Below, in pieces: positions 1-9,721 of a stretch of DNA of 64,000 nucleotides. A program made the translations under genes and the position numbers. The notes under the pieces were generated by a model that did not search any database, was not told the DNA's origin, and worked only from the letters and a program-made list of their open reading frames with translations. The stretch is from Thermoplasmata archaeon (GTDB lineage: Archaea > Thermoplasmatota > E2 > JACPAO01 > JAHFTW01). The DNA is taken from NCBI GenBank assembly GCA_034667725.1, contig JAXDQS010000005.1, positions 96,001-160,000 of the forward strand, written 5' to 3'. Position 1 is the first letter of the stretch, and each line of letters starts with the position of its first letter.

Positions 1-253
1 GGTCGCGCACGAGGGCCGCGACCCCCGAGGGCTGGACCCCGGCGGCATAGTGGCGCAGGTCCCGGCCGTCCCGTCGGCACACGAGCTGGCGGGAGCGCAC
101 AAGGACGCCGAGATGGTAGGTGGCCGTCGAATGGCTGATGAGCAGCTGCTGCGCAACGTCGCGGATCCTGCAGCCCGGGTTGCGCGCGACGAAGGCCCGC
201 ACCGCCTCTTGGTTCCCCATTGCATCGACCTCGATCACGGGACCGACCACCAT
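1..253 (-). CDS. Winged helix-turn-helix transcriptional regulator, truncated at the window edge
   Basis: Manual translation from ATG 253: MVVGPVIEVDAMGNQEAVRAFVARNPGCRIRDVAQQLLISHSTATYHLGVLVRSRQLVCRRDGRDLRHY; ArsR-like wHTH pattern; not in the ORF track because it runs off the window. Confidence 0.75.
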   Translation of the reverse strand, partial: MVVGPVIEVDAMGNQEAVRAFVARNPGCRIRDVAQQLLISHSTATYHLGVLVRSRQLVCRRDGRDLRHYAAGVQPSGVAALVRD

Positions 254-661
254 GCGTCCACGGCCCGAGGCCTACTTGAGGAACGCCAAGGCCTGGCTGA
301 AGGCGTCCCCTGGAGGCGGTCGGCCCTAAGCCATCGTGGCCTTGCCATCGCTCTGGGGCATCGCATCAAAAAATGGGGAAAAAGGAGGTGAAGGGGCCGG
401 TTCGGCTCGGTTTCGTCCACGATTTCGCGGTCCTCGTTTCTCAAGCGCTCGCTCAAAAACCGAGTCCATGGATGGGGGATGCGATCCACGGGCAAGACAG
501 CTTTGAAAATCGGACTCGGCATCGACGATGCTTCAGGTGCGGCTCGCCGGCGCCTGGAGCGCGTCGGCCTGCTCCGCCGCGACGGCACGGGGCGCTTGCA
601 GGCCGCAGGGCCGCCCGAGTCGTGAAATAGGCCGGCCCCGGTCGTTTGGCGGGTCCCCCCA

Positions 662-1060
662 ATGGCACACGACCACAGCCACGCTCCCGTCCTTGCGGCG
701 GCGGTGCGGCAAATGCAGAACCTGTTCGCGACGTCGCAGCAGGCCATGTACGTCTACCTCGATGACGCCAACAAGGCGTGCAACGCGCGCTTCGCCGACC
801 TGCTGGGGTACAGCGACCCTGCGGCGTGGGCGGCGGTCAAGCAGCCGTTCCCTTCGGCCTTCGTCGCGCCGGAGAGCCAGGAGGACCTGGTCGGCACGTT
901 CCAGGACGCGATGGAGCACGGCGCCGGCGGCGTGACCCCGGTCATGTGGAAGCGCAAGGACGGCAAGACCGTGGAGTCCGACGTCATCCTCGTGCCCTTC
1001 GAAGTGGAAGGACACCGCCTCGCGCTGCATTTCGTCGAGCCGGTCGAGGACGAGGAGTAG
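662..1060 (+). CDS. Stand-alone PAS-domain protein
   Basis: CNARFADLLGYS and WKRKDGKTV are typical PAS/PAC motifs. Confidence 0.75.
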   Translation: MAHDHSHAPVLAAAVRQMQNLFATSQQAMYVYLDDANKACNARFADLLGYSDPAAWAAVKQPFPSAFVAPESQEDLVGTFQDAMEHGAGGVTPVMWKRKDGKTVESDVILVPFEVEGHRLALHFVEPVEDEE

Positions 1061-1114
1061 GCCTCGGGCTCGCCCGCAAGCAGCCTTTTCCCGCCCTTCC
1101 CTCCTCGCCGGCCC

Positions 1115-2458
1115 ATGCGCCTCCCGCTTGCCGTCGTGGCCGTCGCCTTGCTTCTGGCCGGCTGCTCCCAGCAATCCTCTGACACGACGACGTCCTCGTC
1201 CCCGACGCAGCCGCCGGCCGCGGTGCCGATGGCGTTCGCGACCCATGTCCTTCCCGCCGTCCACGCAGGCCACGGCCTGTACGAGCCGACCATCGACGTC
1301 TCGGGCTCCGGCGTCCTCTACGTGAGCGCCCACTCGACGGGCGTGGACGTGCAGGGCGCGCCGGCCTTCTTCAGCGTGGACGATGGCGTGACGTGGAGCA
1401 ACCTGCCGCTTCCGGGCTCCCCTGCCGGGGCGCCGGGCGAGGCGCAGGCGGGCACGACGCCGCCGAGCGACGAGATCTTCATCGTGGCGGGCACGGACGG
1501 CACGGCGTGGGGCGTCGACGTCACGCTGTTCGCGTTCCCGGTGAGCGGCTGGTGCAACGACGGCGCCGAGAACTGCTTCTACAGCCCGAACGCCTACGAC
1601 CGGGCGGCCACCACGTGCGCGCCGTCGAGCCTGAACGACCGGCCGTGGGCGGCGTACGCCAACGGCACGCTGCTGATGGTCAACAACCCTGGCGGCGGCC
1701 CCGTCCAGGTGGGCGCCATGAAGGTGCCGCCGTCCGAGCCCCTCGGGGTCGGCAACCCCGCCACGGGCCCGCAGTGGAACATGTGCGCGGGCGAAGGGGG
1801 CGGCTCCATCCCCGGCATCCCCGACATGCGGGAGGACCTGTTCTTCGCCGTGCCGCAGGTGCAGGGCGGGAAGCTGGTGGTCGTGACCGGCAACGCGGCC
1901 GACGTGGGCCAAGTGGAGCAGCATGACGTCCTGGACCAGTCGACGGTCGGCGTGTCCCAGATCGGCGATTCGGGCCAGGTGGCGTTCGACAAGACGGGCA
2001 CGATGTTCGTGGCCACCATGAACAACACGGCCGCCTCCGGCGCCGGCTCGGGCGCCTTCCAGGTCGCCTTCAGCACGGACGACGGAGCGTCGTTCACGGT
2101 GGGCCGCTGGTCCTTCGACCTGCCGGTGAGCTCGGTCTACATCGACGGCAACAAGTTCGGGCCCGGCCTTCTGGTCAACTGGGGCCTGGTCGACCAGGCG
2201 GGCACGGACTGGTACTTCGCGCACGCCTTCGTCGAGGACGGCCAACTCGTCCTGCGGGACGTCAGCCTCGCCGTCGACGACGGCCCCGAGGCGTCGCGCC
2301 ACGTCCAGGGCGCCGCGGCCGGCCCCGACGGCCGTGCCTACATGATCATGTCCGAGGTGTCGGGCAACGACGACGCCGCCATGGCCGCCGCCGTGGGCAC
2401 GATGCCGCTTTCGGTCGTGGTCCAGCAGGCGGGCCCGACGTTGCCCGTCGAGGCTTGA
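1115..2458 (+). CDS. Lipoprotein with sialidase/BNR-like beta-propeller
   Basis: Lipobox LLAGC; Asp-box motifs SVDDGVTW and STDDGASF. Confidence 0.7.
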   Translation: MRLPLAVVAVALLLAGCSQQSSDTTTSSSPTQPPAAVPMAFATHVLPAVHAGHGLYEPTIDVSGSGVLYVSAHSTGVDVQGAPAFFSVDDGVTWSNLPLPGSPAGAPGEAQAGTTPPSDEIFIVAGTDGTAWGVDVTLFAFPVSGWCNDGAENCFYSPNAYDRAATTCAPSSLNDRPWAAYANGTLLMVNNPGGGPVQVGAMKVPPSEPLGVGNPATGPQWNMCAGEGGGSIPGIPDMREDLFFAVPQVQGGKLVVVTGNAADVGQVEQHDVLDQSTVGVSQIGDSGQVAFDKTGTMFVATMNNTAASGAGSGAFQVAFSTDDGASFTVGRWSFDLPVSSVYIDGNKFGPGLLVNWGLVDQAGTDWYFAHAFVEDGQLVLRDVSLAVDDGPEASRHVQGAAAGPDGRAYMIMSEVSGNDDAAMAAAVGTMPLSVVVQQAGPTLPVEA

Positions 2459-2546
2459 CCGGCGCCCCGTCGCGCGCTGGTTTTGGCCGTTTCAAAAAGG
2501 GGGCGTTTGGCAAAGCTACTAGTACCGCCCGCCTTCAGCGGCATTC

Positions 2547-2873
2547 GTGAAATCGGTCTTGGTGGTCGAGGACGACCCCGACACCATGGAGTCGCTCGTG
2601 ACCGTGCTGCGCGGCGAAGGCTGGCTGCCCCATCAAGCCACCAACGTCCACCAGGCGACCGTGACCCTGCACAGCCACAGCCTGGACGCCGTGGTGGCGG
2701 ACAACTGGCTGCCGGACGGCAAGGGCAGCCAGTTCCTGCGGCTCGCGGCCGCGTTGCAGCCCTCGGCCCGCCGCATCCTCTACACGGGGCAGGAGGCGGA
2801 CCCGGCGGGCACGTACCGCATCATCCGCAAGCCGGCCATCGACAAGCTGCTGGCCAACCTGCGCGGCGACTAG
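2547..2873 (+). CDS. Single-domain response regulator (CheY-like receiver)
   Basis: VLVVEDD, phospho-acceptor D in VVADNWLPDGKG, T and KP motif. Confidence 0.85.
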   Translation: MKSVLVVEDDPDTMESLVTVLRGEGWLPHQATNVHQATVTLHSHSLDAVVADNWLPDGKGSQFLRLAAALQPSARRILYTGQEADPAGTYRIIRKPAIDKLLANLRGD

Positions 2874-2875
2874 CC

Positions 2876-4165
2876 TCAGGTCCAGACGATGGTCGGGCCG
2901 GTGACGTTGGCACCAGTGGCGTCGTAGGCGCGGAACGCCACGGGCGCGCCGTTGGGCGCGTGCAGGCTCTTGGCCCAAGTGCCCCAGCTGGTGGCGGGCA
3001 GCGTGGTCCAGGCGCCGTCCGCAACCCGGGCCTCGACCTTCGCCACGGGCTTGGTCGCGGTGACGGCGGCCTCGATCCACCAGTCGTTGCCGACGGCGCG
3101 CGGCTGGAAGGTGGCCGCGAAGCCGGGGTCCTGGAACAGGAACCGGCTGGAGGCGGCGTTCCAGTGGGTCGCGAGGTAGCTGCCGGCCGGCGGGCTGGTG
3201 TGGTAGTAGTCGTCGTGGTTGCAGTCCAGGAAGCGCTCCTGGGTGGAGGCGCACCGGGTCAGCATGGTTTGGCCGGCCTTCAGCTTCCCGTCGTTGTAGC
3301 ACATGCGGTCGGCGTCGTCGACGCAGTGGGCGCCGTTGGTGGCGCGCGGGGCCGAGGCCTGGACGCCGCCGAGGTTGTGCATGAGCTCGTGGGCCTCGAC
3401 GCTGTTCTGCAAGCCCCAGCAGCCGGAGTCGATCCGGGCGTACATGGCGCTCTTGCCGTCGTTGGCGTTCACGGTGCCGTCGCCTTGCGGCGAGTCGTCG
3501 TTGTAGAAGTAGCCGATGCCGCAGTAGACGGTGGCGTCGGCCCACACCAGGTACTTGCGGGCGGCGGAGTTGTAGCCCAGCGCCTGCAACGCGCTGCGCA
3601 TCGTCGAGATCGAGGCTAGGCTGCCGGGCGGCAGGGCCGCGACCTGGACCAGCAGGTGGCATTGGCTGTCGGTCACCCAGCGCACGTGGCGGGTGCCGCC
3701 GGTCTGGGCAGCACTCAGGGCGTAGGTGGCCTCGACGTTGCCGGCGTAGACCGGGAACGAGGTGGCGTAGGTGGCGTAGCGGTTGGGCTTCCCCTGCTCG
3801 TAGGCGTAGATGGCCTGCACCCGCATCCCGGAGCTTCCGTCCTCGCCCGGGGGGCATCGGATGGGGGTCGCCGCGGCGATGGCGGCGGCGGTGGCGGGGG
3901 CGACGGCCGCCGCGACGTTGGCCTCGGCGGGGGCCGCGTCGGGGCCGTGGGTGCAGCCGGCGGCGGCGATCTCCAGCAGGCCTTGGCACAAGGTGCCGGC
4001 CTTGCCGGGCGACAGGCCGTCGAAGACCCGCCCCCGCGCCCGGTCGTTGGCGGGCACTTCTTGGAAGCCCGAATGGGCGTCCACGGCGGCCGGCGGCAGC
4101 GCCATGGCGGCCAGCCCGGAGGTGGTCAAGGTCAGGAGGGCCAAGATGGCCCAGGCAGACTTCAT
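2876..4165 (-). CDS. Secreted zincin-type metallopeptidase-like protein
   Basis: Signal peptide; EAHELMHNLG (HExxH) motif; multiple Cys; C-terminal beta-rich domain. Confidence 0.7.
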   Translation of the reverse strand: MKSAWAILALLTLTTSGLAAMALPPAAVDAHSGFQEVPANDRARGRVFDGLSPGKAGTLCQGLLEIAAAGCTHGPDAAPAEANVAAAVAPATAAAIAAATPIRCPPGEDGSSGMRVQAIYAYEQGKPNRYATYATSFPVYAGNVEATYALSAAQTGGTRHVRWVTDSQCHLLVQVAALPPGSLASISTMRSALQALGYNSAARKYLVWADATVYCGIGYFYNDDSPQGDGTVNANDGKSAMYARIDSGCWGLQNSVEAHELMHNLGGVQASAPRATNGAHCVDDADRMCYNDGKLKAGQTMLTRCASTQERFLDCNHDDYYHTSPPAGSYLATHWNAASSRFLFQDPGFAATFQPRAVGNDWWIEAAVTATKPVAKVEARVADGAWTTLPATSWGTWAKSLHAPNGAPVAFRAYDATGANVTGPTIVWT

Positions 4166-4333
4166 CGGGCGAAACTGGGGTTCCTCTGTCTTGAGCGGCC
4201 CGGCCAGCTTTTACGTCGCAGGGGCCCGGGGAGGCTTGCTACAAGAGGGGGACGGAAGGGGCCGCCCTCCTGAACATGTTTGGGCGGGCAGGCGGTCAAG
4301 TCCTCGCGCCGCCAGAAGATAAGGCGTGATTGC

Positions 4334-5416
4334 ATGCGCCCGGCCACCGTCGTCTTGGGGACGGTCCTCCTGGCGGCCGTCCTGACCGCCATCCTTGCGG
4401 ACCAACAGCCTTGGGCGCCCAGCACGCCCGTGGACCCGACCCGGCCCCAACCGAACCGGACCGCGCCGCCGCGGCTTCCTGACCTCGTCGAGACCCCGGC
4501 GGTCCAGCCCTTGGCGTTCGGCGGCGACGGCGACGGCCTGGCGGAACTGGCCCGGCTCGGCATCCCGGCGGACTACGGCACGGTCTGGGTCGGCGATTGG
4601 ACGCTCCATTGGGGCTGGAAGGAGCCCGACGTCGCGCTGCGGGGCCTGCGCGCCGCCAACGTCACCCCTGTCGTCCACTTTTACTATTGGGGCGACGACC
4701 TCGCGCGCGCCTGCTTCGACCACGGCTGCGCCGGCAAGACCCAGGCGGGCTGGGACCAGTTGGCGACGGAGCTGGCCACGCACCTGAACGACACGATGGG
4801 CGGAGCGCCGTCGCTGGTGCTGCTGGAAACCGAGTTCAACAAGGCGGACGTGGCCCGCCACAAGCCGCTCGACGCCTTGCTGGCCCAGAAGGCCACGGCG
4901 CTCGGGGCCGTCCCCGGCGTCCAGGTCGTGCTGCCGCTGGGCAACTGGAACGTGCCGGCCTGGCCGACCTGGGCCGCCGCAGCCAACGCCAGCGACTTCG
5001 TCGGGCTGCAGGCGCTGGCCGGCTCCACCCGCGACAGCCCGGAGGCGGCGGCCGCCTTGGCCGAGCGGACCCTGGCGGGCGCGCAGCAGCTCCAAGCCAC
5101 CTTCCACAAGCCGATCCTGCTGCACGACCTGGCGGTGTCCTCCTACCCGGAGCCGGAATGGCGGGCCACCCAGGCGGACACGGTGGCCAGCATCTTCGGC
5201 TGCCTGGCGCCGCTCAAGGCCGCCGGCGTGGAGGCGTTGCTCTACCGCAGCCTGCACGACGTCCCGACCATGGACCTCAAGAACCACTACGGGGAGGCGG
5301 AGCGCCATTTCGGCTTGGCGGACGATGCTGGCCTGAAGCCGGCCGGCCGCGCCTGGCTCGACGGCGTCCTGCGCGAGCGGGCCTTCCCTGCCGCCGCCGC
5401 AGAGACCGCATGTTGA
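4334..5416 (+). CDS. Membrane-anchored glycoside-hydrolase-like (TIM-barrel) protein
   Basis: N-terminal TM helix, Pro linker, aromatic-rich motifs (HFYYWGDD, LETEFN, DFVG, HFGL). Confidence 0.55.
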   Translation: MRPATVVLGTVLLAAVLTAILADQQPWAPSTPVDPTRPQPNRTAPPRLPDLVETPAVQPLAFGGDGDGLAELARLGIPADYGTVWVGDWTLHWGWKEPDVALRGLRAANVTPVVHFYYWGDDLARACFDHGCAGKTQAGWDQLATELATHLNDTMGGAPSLVLLETEFNKADVARHKPLDALLAQKATALGAVPGVQVVLPLGNWNVPAWPTWAAAANASDFVGLQALAGSTRDSPEAAAALAERTLAGAQQLQATFHKPILLHDLAVSSYPEPEWRATQADTVASIFGCLAPLKAAGVEALLYRSLHDVPTMDLKNHYGEAERHFGLADDAGLKPAGRAWLDGVLRERAFPAAAAETAC

Positions 5417-5673
5417 CGAGGGGCGGCGAGCGCCGACCGCAGCGCCGCCGTGGTGCGGCTGCCGCGCCAGCACGCCAGCACCGCCTCGGCGGCCTTGCGG
5501 TCGTCCGGGGCCAGCAGGTGACCGTTGGTGTATTCCAGCAGCGTGCGCAGCCGGGCGGCCCGGGCGCGCATCAGGCCGTCGGCGCCGGCGCGGCCGCGCA
5601 GCTTCTGCTCCACTGTGGAGAGGGCCTTGAGCAGCAGCCGCAAGTCCGTGGTCCCGATGGCAGGGACGGGCAT
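5287..5673 (-). CDS. Possible small hypothetical protein (overlaps the convergent gene)
   Basis: ATG at 5673, helical-looking N-terminal half; 130-nt convergent overlap makes it doubtful. Confidence 0.3.
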   Translation of the reverse strand: MPVPAIGTTDLRLLLKALSTVEQKLRGRAGADGLMRARAARLRTLLEYTNGHLLAPDDRKAAEAVLACWRGSRTTAALRSALAAPRQHAVSAAAAGKARSRRTPSSQARPAGFRPASSAKPKWRSASP

Positions 5674-5818
5674 CAGGGGGTTTTCTGCCGTGGGACCCTG
5701 AAAACCCGGCCGGGACCCCAACATGTTGGCAGGCGCTAGGTCGCGCCCCTTTTGCTGGCCCGTCGCTGACCGCCGCCAGCCCAAGCACGATTTATGCCTG
5801 CCCGGCCTTGGCCGGCGG

Positions 5819-6511
5819 GTGTTCGGGGCTTGGCTGAACGCGGCCGCCACGGGGATCGCCGCCCTTGCCTACGCCGGCGCCGCCCGGTCGGCGCTGCGCC
5901 GGGGCAGGCGGCGCGCCGTCCCGACCCTGTTCGGCCTGATCGCGGTCTTCCTGGTGCTGGCGTCGCTGCGCCAGGTGGCCGCGGCGCTCTCGGAGGACCC
6001 GTGGTTCGCGGAGGCCGACCGCCAACTGTTCTTCCTGCTCTTGGTCCCGGCCGCCACCACCATCCTGCCGCTGGTGCACCTGCTAGGCAGCATCCTCTCG
6101 GACGACCCCCGCGTCCCGCGCCTGGCCACCGGGGTCGCCGCGCTGCCCATCGCCGTCGGCCTCTACTTCGCGTTCGCGGAGGGCGTCCACGGCCCCATCG
6201 TCTCCTGGTACGGCACCGACTGGGAGCTGGTGAGCCCCGTCACCAAGGCGATCCTGGTGGGCGTCATCCTGCTGCCCGCCACCGTGGGGTCGGCGTGGCT
6301 CATCCGGCTGGCGCGGGAGCCGGCGGTCCCGTCCCGCCGCATCCTGCTCGTCGGCGTGTCGTCGCTGGTGTTCTTCGTGCTGTTCGTGCTGGACGCCTTG
6401 ACGCTCCCGGGCCCGCTGTTGATCCTGGCGCGCCTCGGCACCGCCGCCGCCGGGGTCGTGGCCTGGGTCGCGTACGCCAAGTCGCCGCCGGAGCCCGCTG
6501 AGGCCGCATGA
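5819..6511 (+). CDS. Multi-pass (about 7 TM) membrane protein, similar in layout to sensor N-terminal 7TM domains
   Basis: Seven hydrophobic segments; GTG start about 25 nt after TTTATG; overlaps the next start (ATGA). Confidence 0.65.
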   Translation: MFGAWLNAAATGIAALAYAGAARSALRRGRRRAVPTLFGLIAVFLVLASLRQVAAALSEDPWFAEADRQLFFLLLVPAATTILPLVHLLGSILSDDPRVPRLATGVAALPIAVGLYFAFAEGVHGPIVSWYGTDWELVSPVTKAILVGVILLPATVGSAWLIRLAREPAVPSRRILLVGVSSLVFFVLFVLDALTLPGPLLILARLGTAAAGVVAWVAYAKSPPEPAEAA

Positions 6512-7776
6512 CGGTGGGGGTCGGACCCGTCCTCCTGGACATCGCCATCCTGGTGCTGGCGGCCAAGCTGGCGGGCGAGCTGTTCGAGCGGATGCGGCAG
6601 CCCGCCGTCGTGGGCGAGCTCCTGGTGGGCGCCGTCCTGGGCGCCTCCCTGCTCGGCCCCTCCATCGGCCTGCCCGACCTCGCCGACGGCCACGGCGCCA
6701 AGGCCGTCGTGCTGGAGACCTTGGCCGGCCTCGGCGCCATCCTGCTGCTGTTCAGCGTCGGCCTGGAGAGCGACGTCAAGCGCCTCGGCAAGGTCGGCGC
6801 CAGCAGCCTGCTGGTGGCGGCCATCGGGGTCGTGGCCAGCTTCGTCGTCGGCTTCGCCGCCAGCCTCGGCCTGTCCCGAGTCTGGGGCGCGTGGCCTTCC
6901 GACGTGCTGCTGCACGTGTTCGTCGGCGCCGCCCTCACCGCCACCAGCGTCGGCATCACGGCGCGCGTGCTGGCCGACCTGGGCCGGCTCCAGACCGCCG
7001 AGGCGCGCACCATCCTGGGCGCCGCCGTCCTCGACGACGTGGCCGGCCTCATCCTCCTCGCCGTGGTCGCGGCCCTCGTCGAAGGCGACGGCTTCTCCGC
7101 GCTCGGCTTGGCGCGCGTCGCCGGCATCGCCATCGCGTTCCTGCTTGTGGCCGTCGTGGGAGGCCTCCGCGTGGTGCCGCGGGCCTACGACGCCTTGGTG
7201 GACCGGTTCCGCGTGTCGGGCTTCCCCGTGGCGCTCGCCGTCGGCTTCGCGCTGCTGATGGCCTACGCCGCGAGCCTCGCGGGCCTGGCCGACATCGTCG
7301 GCGCCTTCGCCGCCGGCCTGCTCTTGGCCCAGACCCGGCACGCCCACCGCATCTTCGAGGACGCCAAGCCCATCGCCGCCCTGCTGGTCGGGCTGTTCTT
7401 CGTCACCATCGGCATGAAGGTGGACCTGCGCGTGTTCGCGGCGGACCCGTGGCCCATCCTAGGGGCCGGGCTGGCGCTTGCCGTCGTGGCGGTGGCCGCC
7501 AAGCTGGCTTGCGGGCTGGGGGTCGTGCGCAACCAGGCCCGGCGGCTGCCGGTGGGCGTCGGCATGGTGCCGCGCGGCGAGGTGGGCCTCATCTTCGCGA
7601 GCCTTGGCCTGGCCACCGGGCTGCTCAATGGCACGCTGTACGCCACGGTGGTGCTGGCGGTGCTGCTCACGACCCTGGTGGCGCCCTTCTGGCTGGCGCG
7701 GCTGCGGGACGGCTTCACGCCGGACGCCGAGGACGACGCGGGCCGCGAGAACCTGGCTCGCGTGCTCGAGGCCTAG
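6508..7776 (+). CDS. Cation:proton antiporter (CPA2, Kef/NapA family)
   Basis: QPAVVGELLVG, TSVGIT, AAVLDD, GMVPRGEVGLI motifs. Confidence 0.92.
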   Translation: MTVGVGPVLLDIAILVLAAKLAGELFERMRQPAVVGELLVGAVLGASLLGPSIGLPDLADGHGAKAVVLETLAGLGAILLLFSVGLESDVKRLGKVGASSLLVAAIGVVASFVVGFAASLGLSRVWGAWPSDVLLHVFVGAALTATSVGITARVLADLGRLQTAEARTILGAAVLDDVAGLILLAVVAALVEGDGFSALGLARVAGIAIAFLLVAVVGGLRVVPRAYDALVDRFRVSGFPVALAVGFALLMAYAASLAGLADIVGAFAAGLLLAQTRHAHRIFEDAKPIAALLVGLFFVTIGMKVDLRVFAADPWPILGAGLALAVVAVAAKLACGLGVVRNQARRLPVGVGMVPRGEVGLIFASLGLATGLLNGTLYATVVLAVLLTTLVAPFWLARLRDGFTPDAEDDAGRENLARVLEA

Positions 7777-8111
7777 GCGACGGCCGCCTCCTTTGCCACG
7801 ACGGCCAGGATGTCGGCGCCGTAGGTCTCGGCCTTGGTGGCGCCGACGCCGCGGACGGCGCGCAGTTCGTCGAGGCTGGCGGGCCGGGCCTCCTCGATGG
7901 CGCGCAGCACGGCGTCGGTGGCGATGACGTAGGGCGGCAGCTGCTTGGCGCGGGCCTGCTCGGAGCGCCAGCGGCGCAGCGCTTCGAACACGGGGCCGCC
8001 GCCGGCGCGGACGCCGCTTGCGCGCAAGGCGTCCTTGAACGCGGCGAGGGCGGTCTCGAGGTTGGCGGTGGCTTGCGCCAGGTCGGGCTTCGGAATGCCA
8101 TCGGGAGGCAT
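7773..8111 (-). CDS. Stand-alone HRDC-domain protein
   Basis: FEALRRWRSEQARAKQLPPYVIATDAVL...VRGVGATKAETYGADIL matches the HRDC pattern. Confidence 0.85.
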   Translation of the reverse strand: MPPDGIPKPDLAQATANLETALAAFKDALRASGVRAGGGPVFEALRRWRSEQARAKQLPPYVIATDAVLRAIEEARPASLDELRAVRGVGATKAETYGADILAVVAKEAAVA

Positions 8112-8321
8112 GAAGGGCAGGAAGCGCGGGGCGGCCTTGGAGGGGCTCGGACGGGCCTTGGCCTGCAAGAAAAGGAGATGGACCCTGGGGCGCGCTGGCC
8201 CCAGGGGGGTTGCGTAACACCTTGCCGCAGGGAGCGGCACTCCAAACCTTGGCGCTCCTGGTTCATGACGGTTGCCCGCGGGAGGCGCGGCCGGTCGGCT
8301 TGAAAACGGCGCCTTCGTGGC

Positions 8322-9119
8322 GTGGGCGTGGGCGCGCGCCTCGGCCAGCATTTCCTCCGGGACGAGCGCGTGCTGGACGCCGTTGTGGCCGCGGCGGGGC
8401 TCCAGCAGGGCCAACGGGTGCTGGAGATCGGCCCCGGGCCGGGCAACCTGACGGAGCGGCTGGCCGCCGCCGTCGGGCCGTCCGGGCGGGTCGTGGCCAT
8501 CGAGGCGGACCCGATGCTGGCGCGGGCGTTGCAGGGCCGGTGGCCGCAAGTGGACCTGGTGGTCGGCGACGCCGTGCAGACGGACCTGGCGGCCCTCGGC
8601 CCGTTCGACCGCATCGTCGCCAACCTGCCTTACCTGATCAGCGGCCCCATCACGGTCGCGTTCCTGGCGCTGGTGCGGAATCCCGCCACCCGCTGGGGCC
8701 GGGCCGTGCTGATGTACCAGGCCGAGTTCGCCGAGCGCCTGCTGGCCCCGCCCGGCTCCGGCGCGTACGGCCGCCTCACGGTCCACGCCTCCCGCTGGGT
8801 CGAGGTCCGCCACGTCCGCGACGTGCCGCCCGGCGCCTTCGACCCGCCGCCCGCCGTCGACTCGATGGTGGTGGCCCTGGTGCCGCATCCCGCCGCGCCG
8901 TTCGCCGTCGCCGACGAGCGCCTGTGGACCGCGGTGGTGGACGGGTCGTTCCAGCAGCGCCGCAAGCAGCTGCGCAACACGGTCCCGCCCGCCGTCGCCG
9001 CGCTTGGGGTCTCGAAGGAGAAAGCCTTGGCCGCGCTGGAGGCGATGGGGTTGTCCTCCGAACGCCCCGAGCAGGTGGCGCCGGCGCGGTTCGCCGAGCT
9101 GGTGGGGCGGCTGGCGTGA
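8322..9119 (+). CDS. rsmA: 16S rRNA (adenine-N6,N6)-dimethyltransferase
   Basis: LGQHFL, VLEIGPGPG, VANLPY, MYQAEFAERL, FQQRRKQLRN. Confidence 0.93.
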   Translation: MGVGARLGQHFLRDERVLDAVVAAAGLQQGQRVLEIGPGPGNLTERLAAAVGPSGRVVAIEADPMLARALQGRWPQVDLVVGDAVQTDLAALGPFDRIVANLPYLISGPITVAFLALVRNPATRWGRAVLMYQAEFAERLLAPPGSGAYGRLTVHASRWVEVRHVRDVPPGAFDPPPAVDSMVVALVPHPAAPFAVADERLWTAVVDGSFQQRRKQLRNTVPPAVAALGVSKEKALAALEAMGLSSERPEQVAPARFAELVGRLA

Positions 9120-9721
9120 AGGTCCCCACGCCCGACGGCGGCACGCTGTTCATCGCGACCCATCCCGAGGTCTACGTCCCAAGCGACGACACCCTGCTGC
9201 TGGCCCGCGCCGTCCACGCCGAGGCCCGGCCGGGCCAAGCCTTCCTGGAGGTCGGCTGCGGCGCCGGCTACGTGGCGCTCGTGGCCGCCCGCGCGGGGGC
9301 CCGCGTGACGGGCACCGACCTGAACCCGCACGCCGTCGAGGTGGCCCGCCACAACGCCCGCGAGAACGGCCTGCGGGCCACGTTCGTCGCGGCGGACCTG
9401 CTGGCGGGCCTCGCCGGGCCGTTCGACCTGGTGGCGTTCAACCCGCCCTACCTGCCCACGGCGCCGGACGAGGTCGTGCCCGGCCCGCTGAACCTTGCGT
9501 TCGACGGCGGCCTCGACGGCAACGGCACGGTGCTGCGCTTCGCCGGCCAGCTTGGGGCGCTGCGGCCGCGGCCCGCCACCGTCCTAGTGGTGCACAGCAG
9601 CCTGTCGGACCCGCGCCCGCTGGCCGACGCCATGGCGGCGCTCGGCTACAGCATGGACGTGGCCATCTCGGAGCGGCTCGCCTTCGAGGAGCTGACGGTG
9701 CGCCGCTTCAGGCTGGCCTGA
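9116..9721 (+). CDS. HemK2/MTQ2-type protein glutamine N5-methyltransferase
   Basis: VYVPSDDT, LEVGCGAG, FNPPYLP, GGLDG; GTG start overlaps the rsmA stop. Confidence 0.88.
   Translation: MKVPTPDGGTLFIATHPEVYVPSDDTLLLARAVHAEARPGQAFLEVGCGAGYVALVAARAGARVTGTDLNPHAVEVARHNARENGLRATFVAADLLAGLAGPFDLVAFNPPYLPTAPDEVVPGPLNLAFDGGLDGNGTVLRFAGQLGALRPRPATVLVVHSSLSDPRPLADAMAALGYSMDVAISERLAFEELTVRRFRLA

Noticed and set aside
50-660. Short ORFs in the track at the left edge
   Set aside because: Those within 1-253 are antisense to the wHTH gene; the rest lack protein-like features and the region looks like a divergent promoter interval
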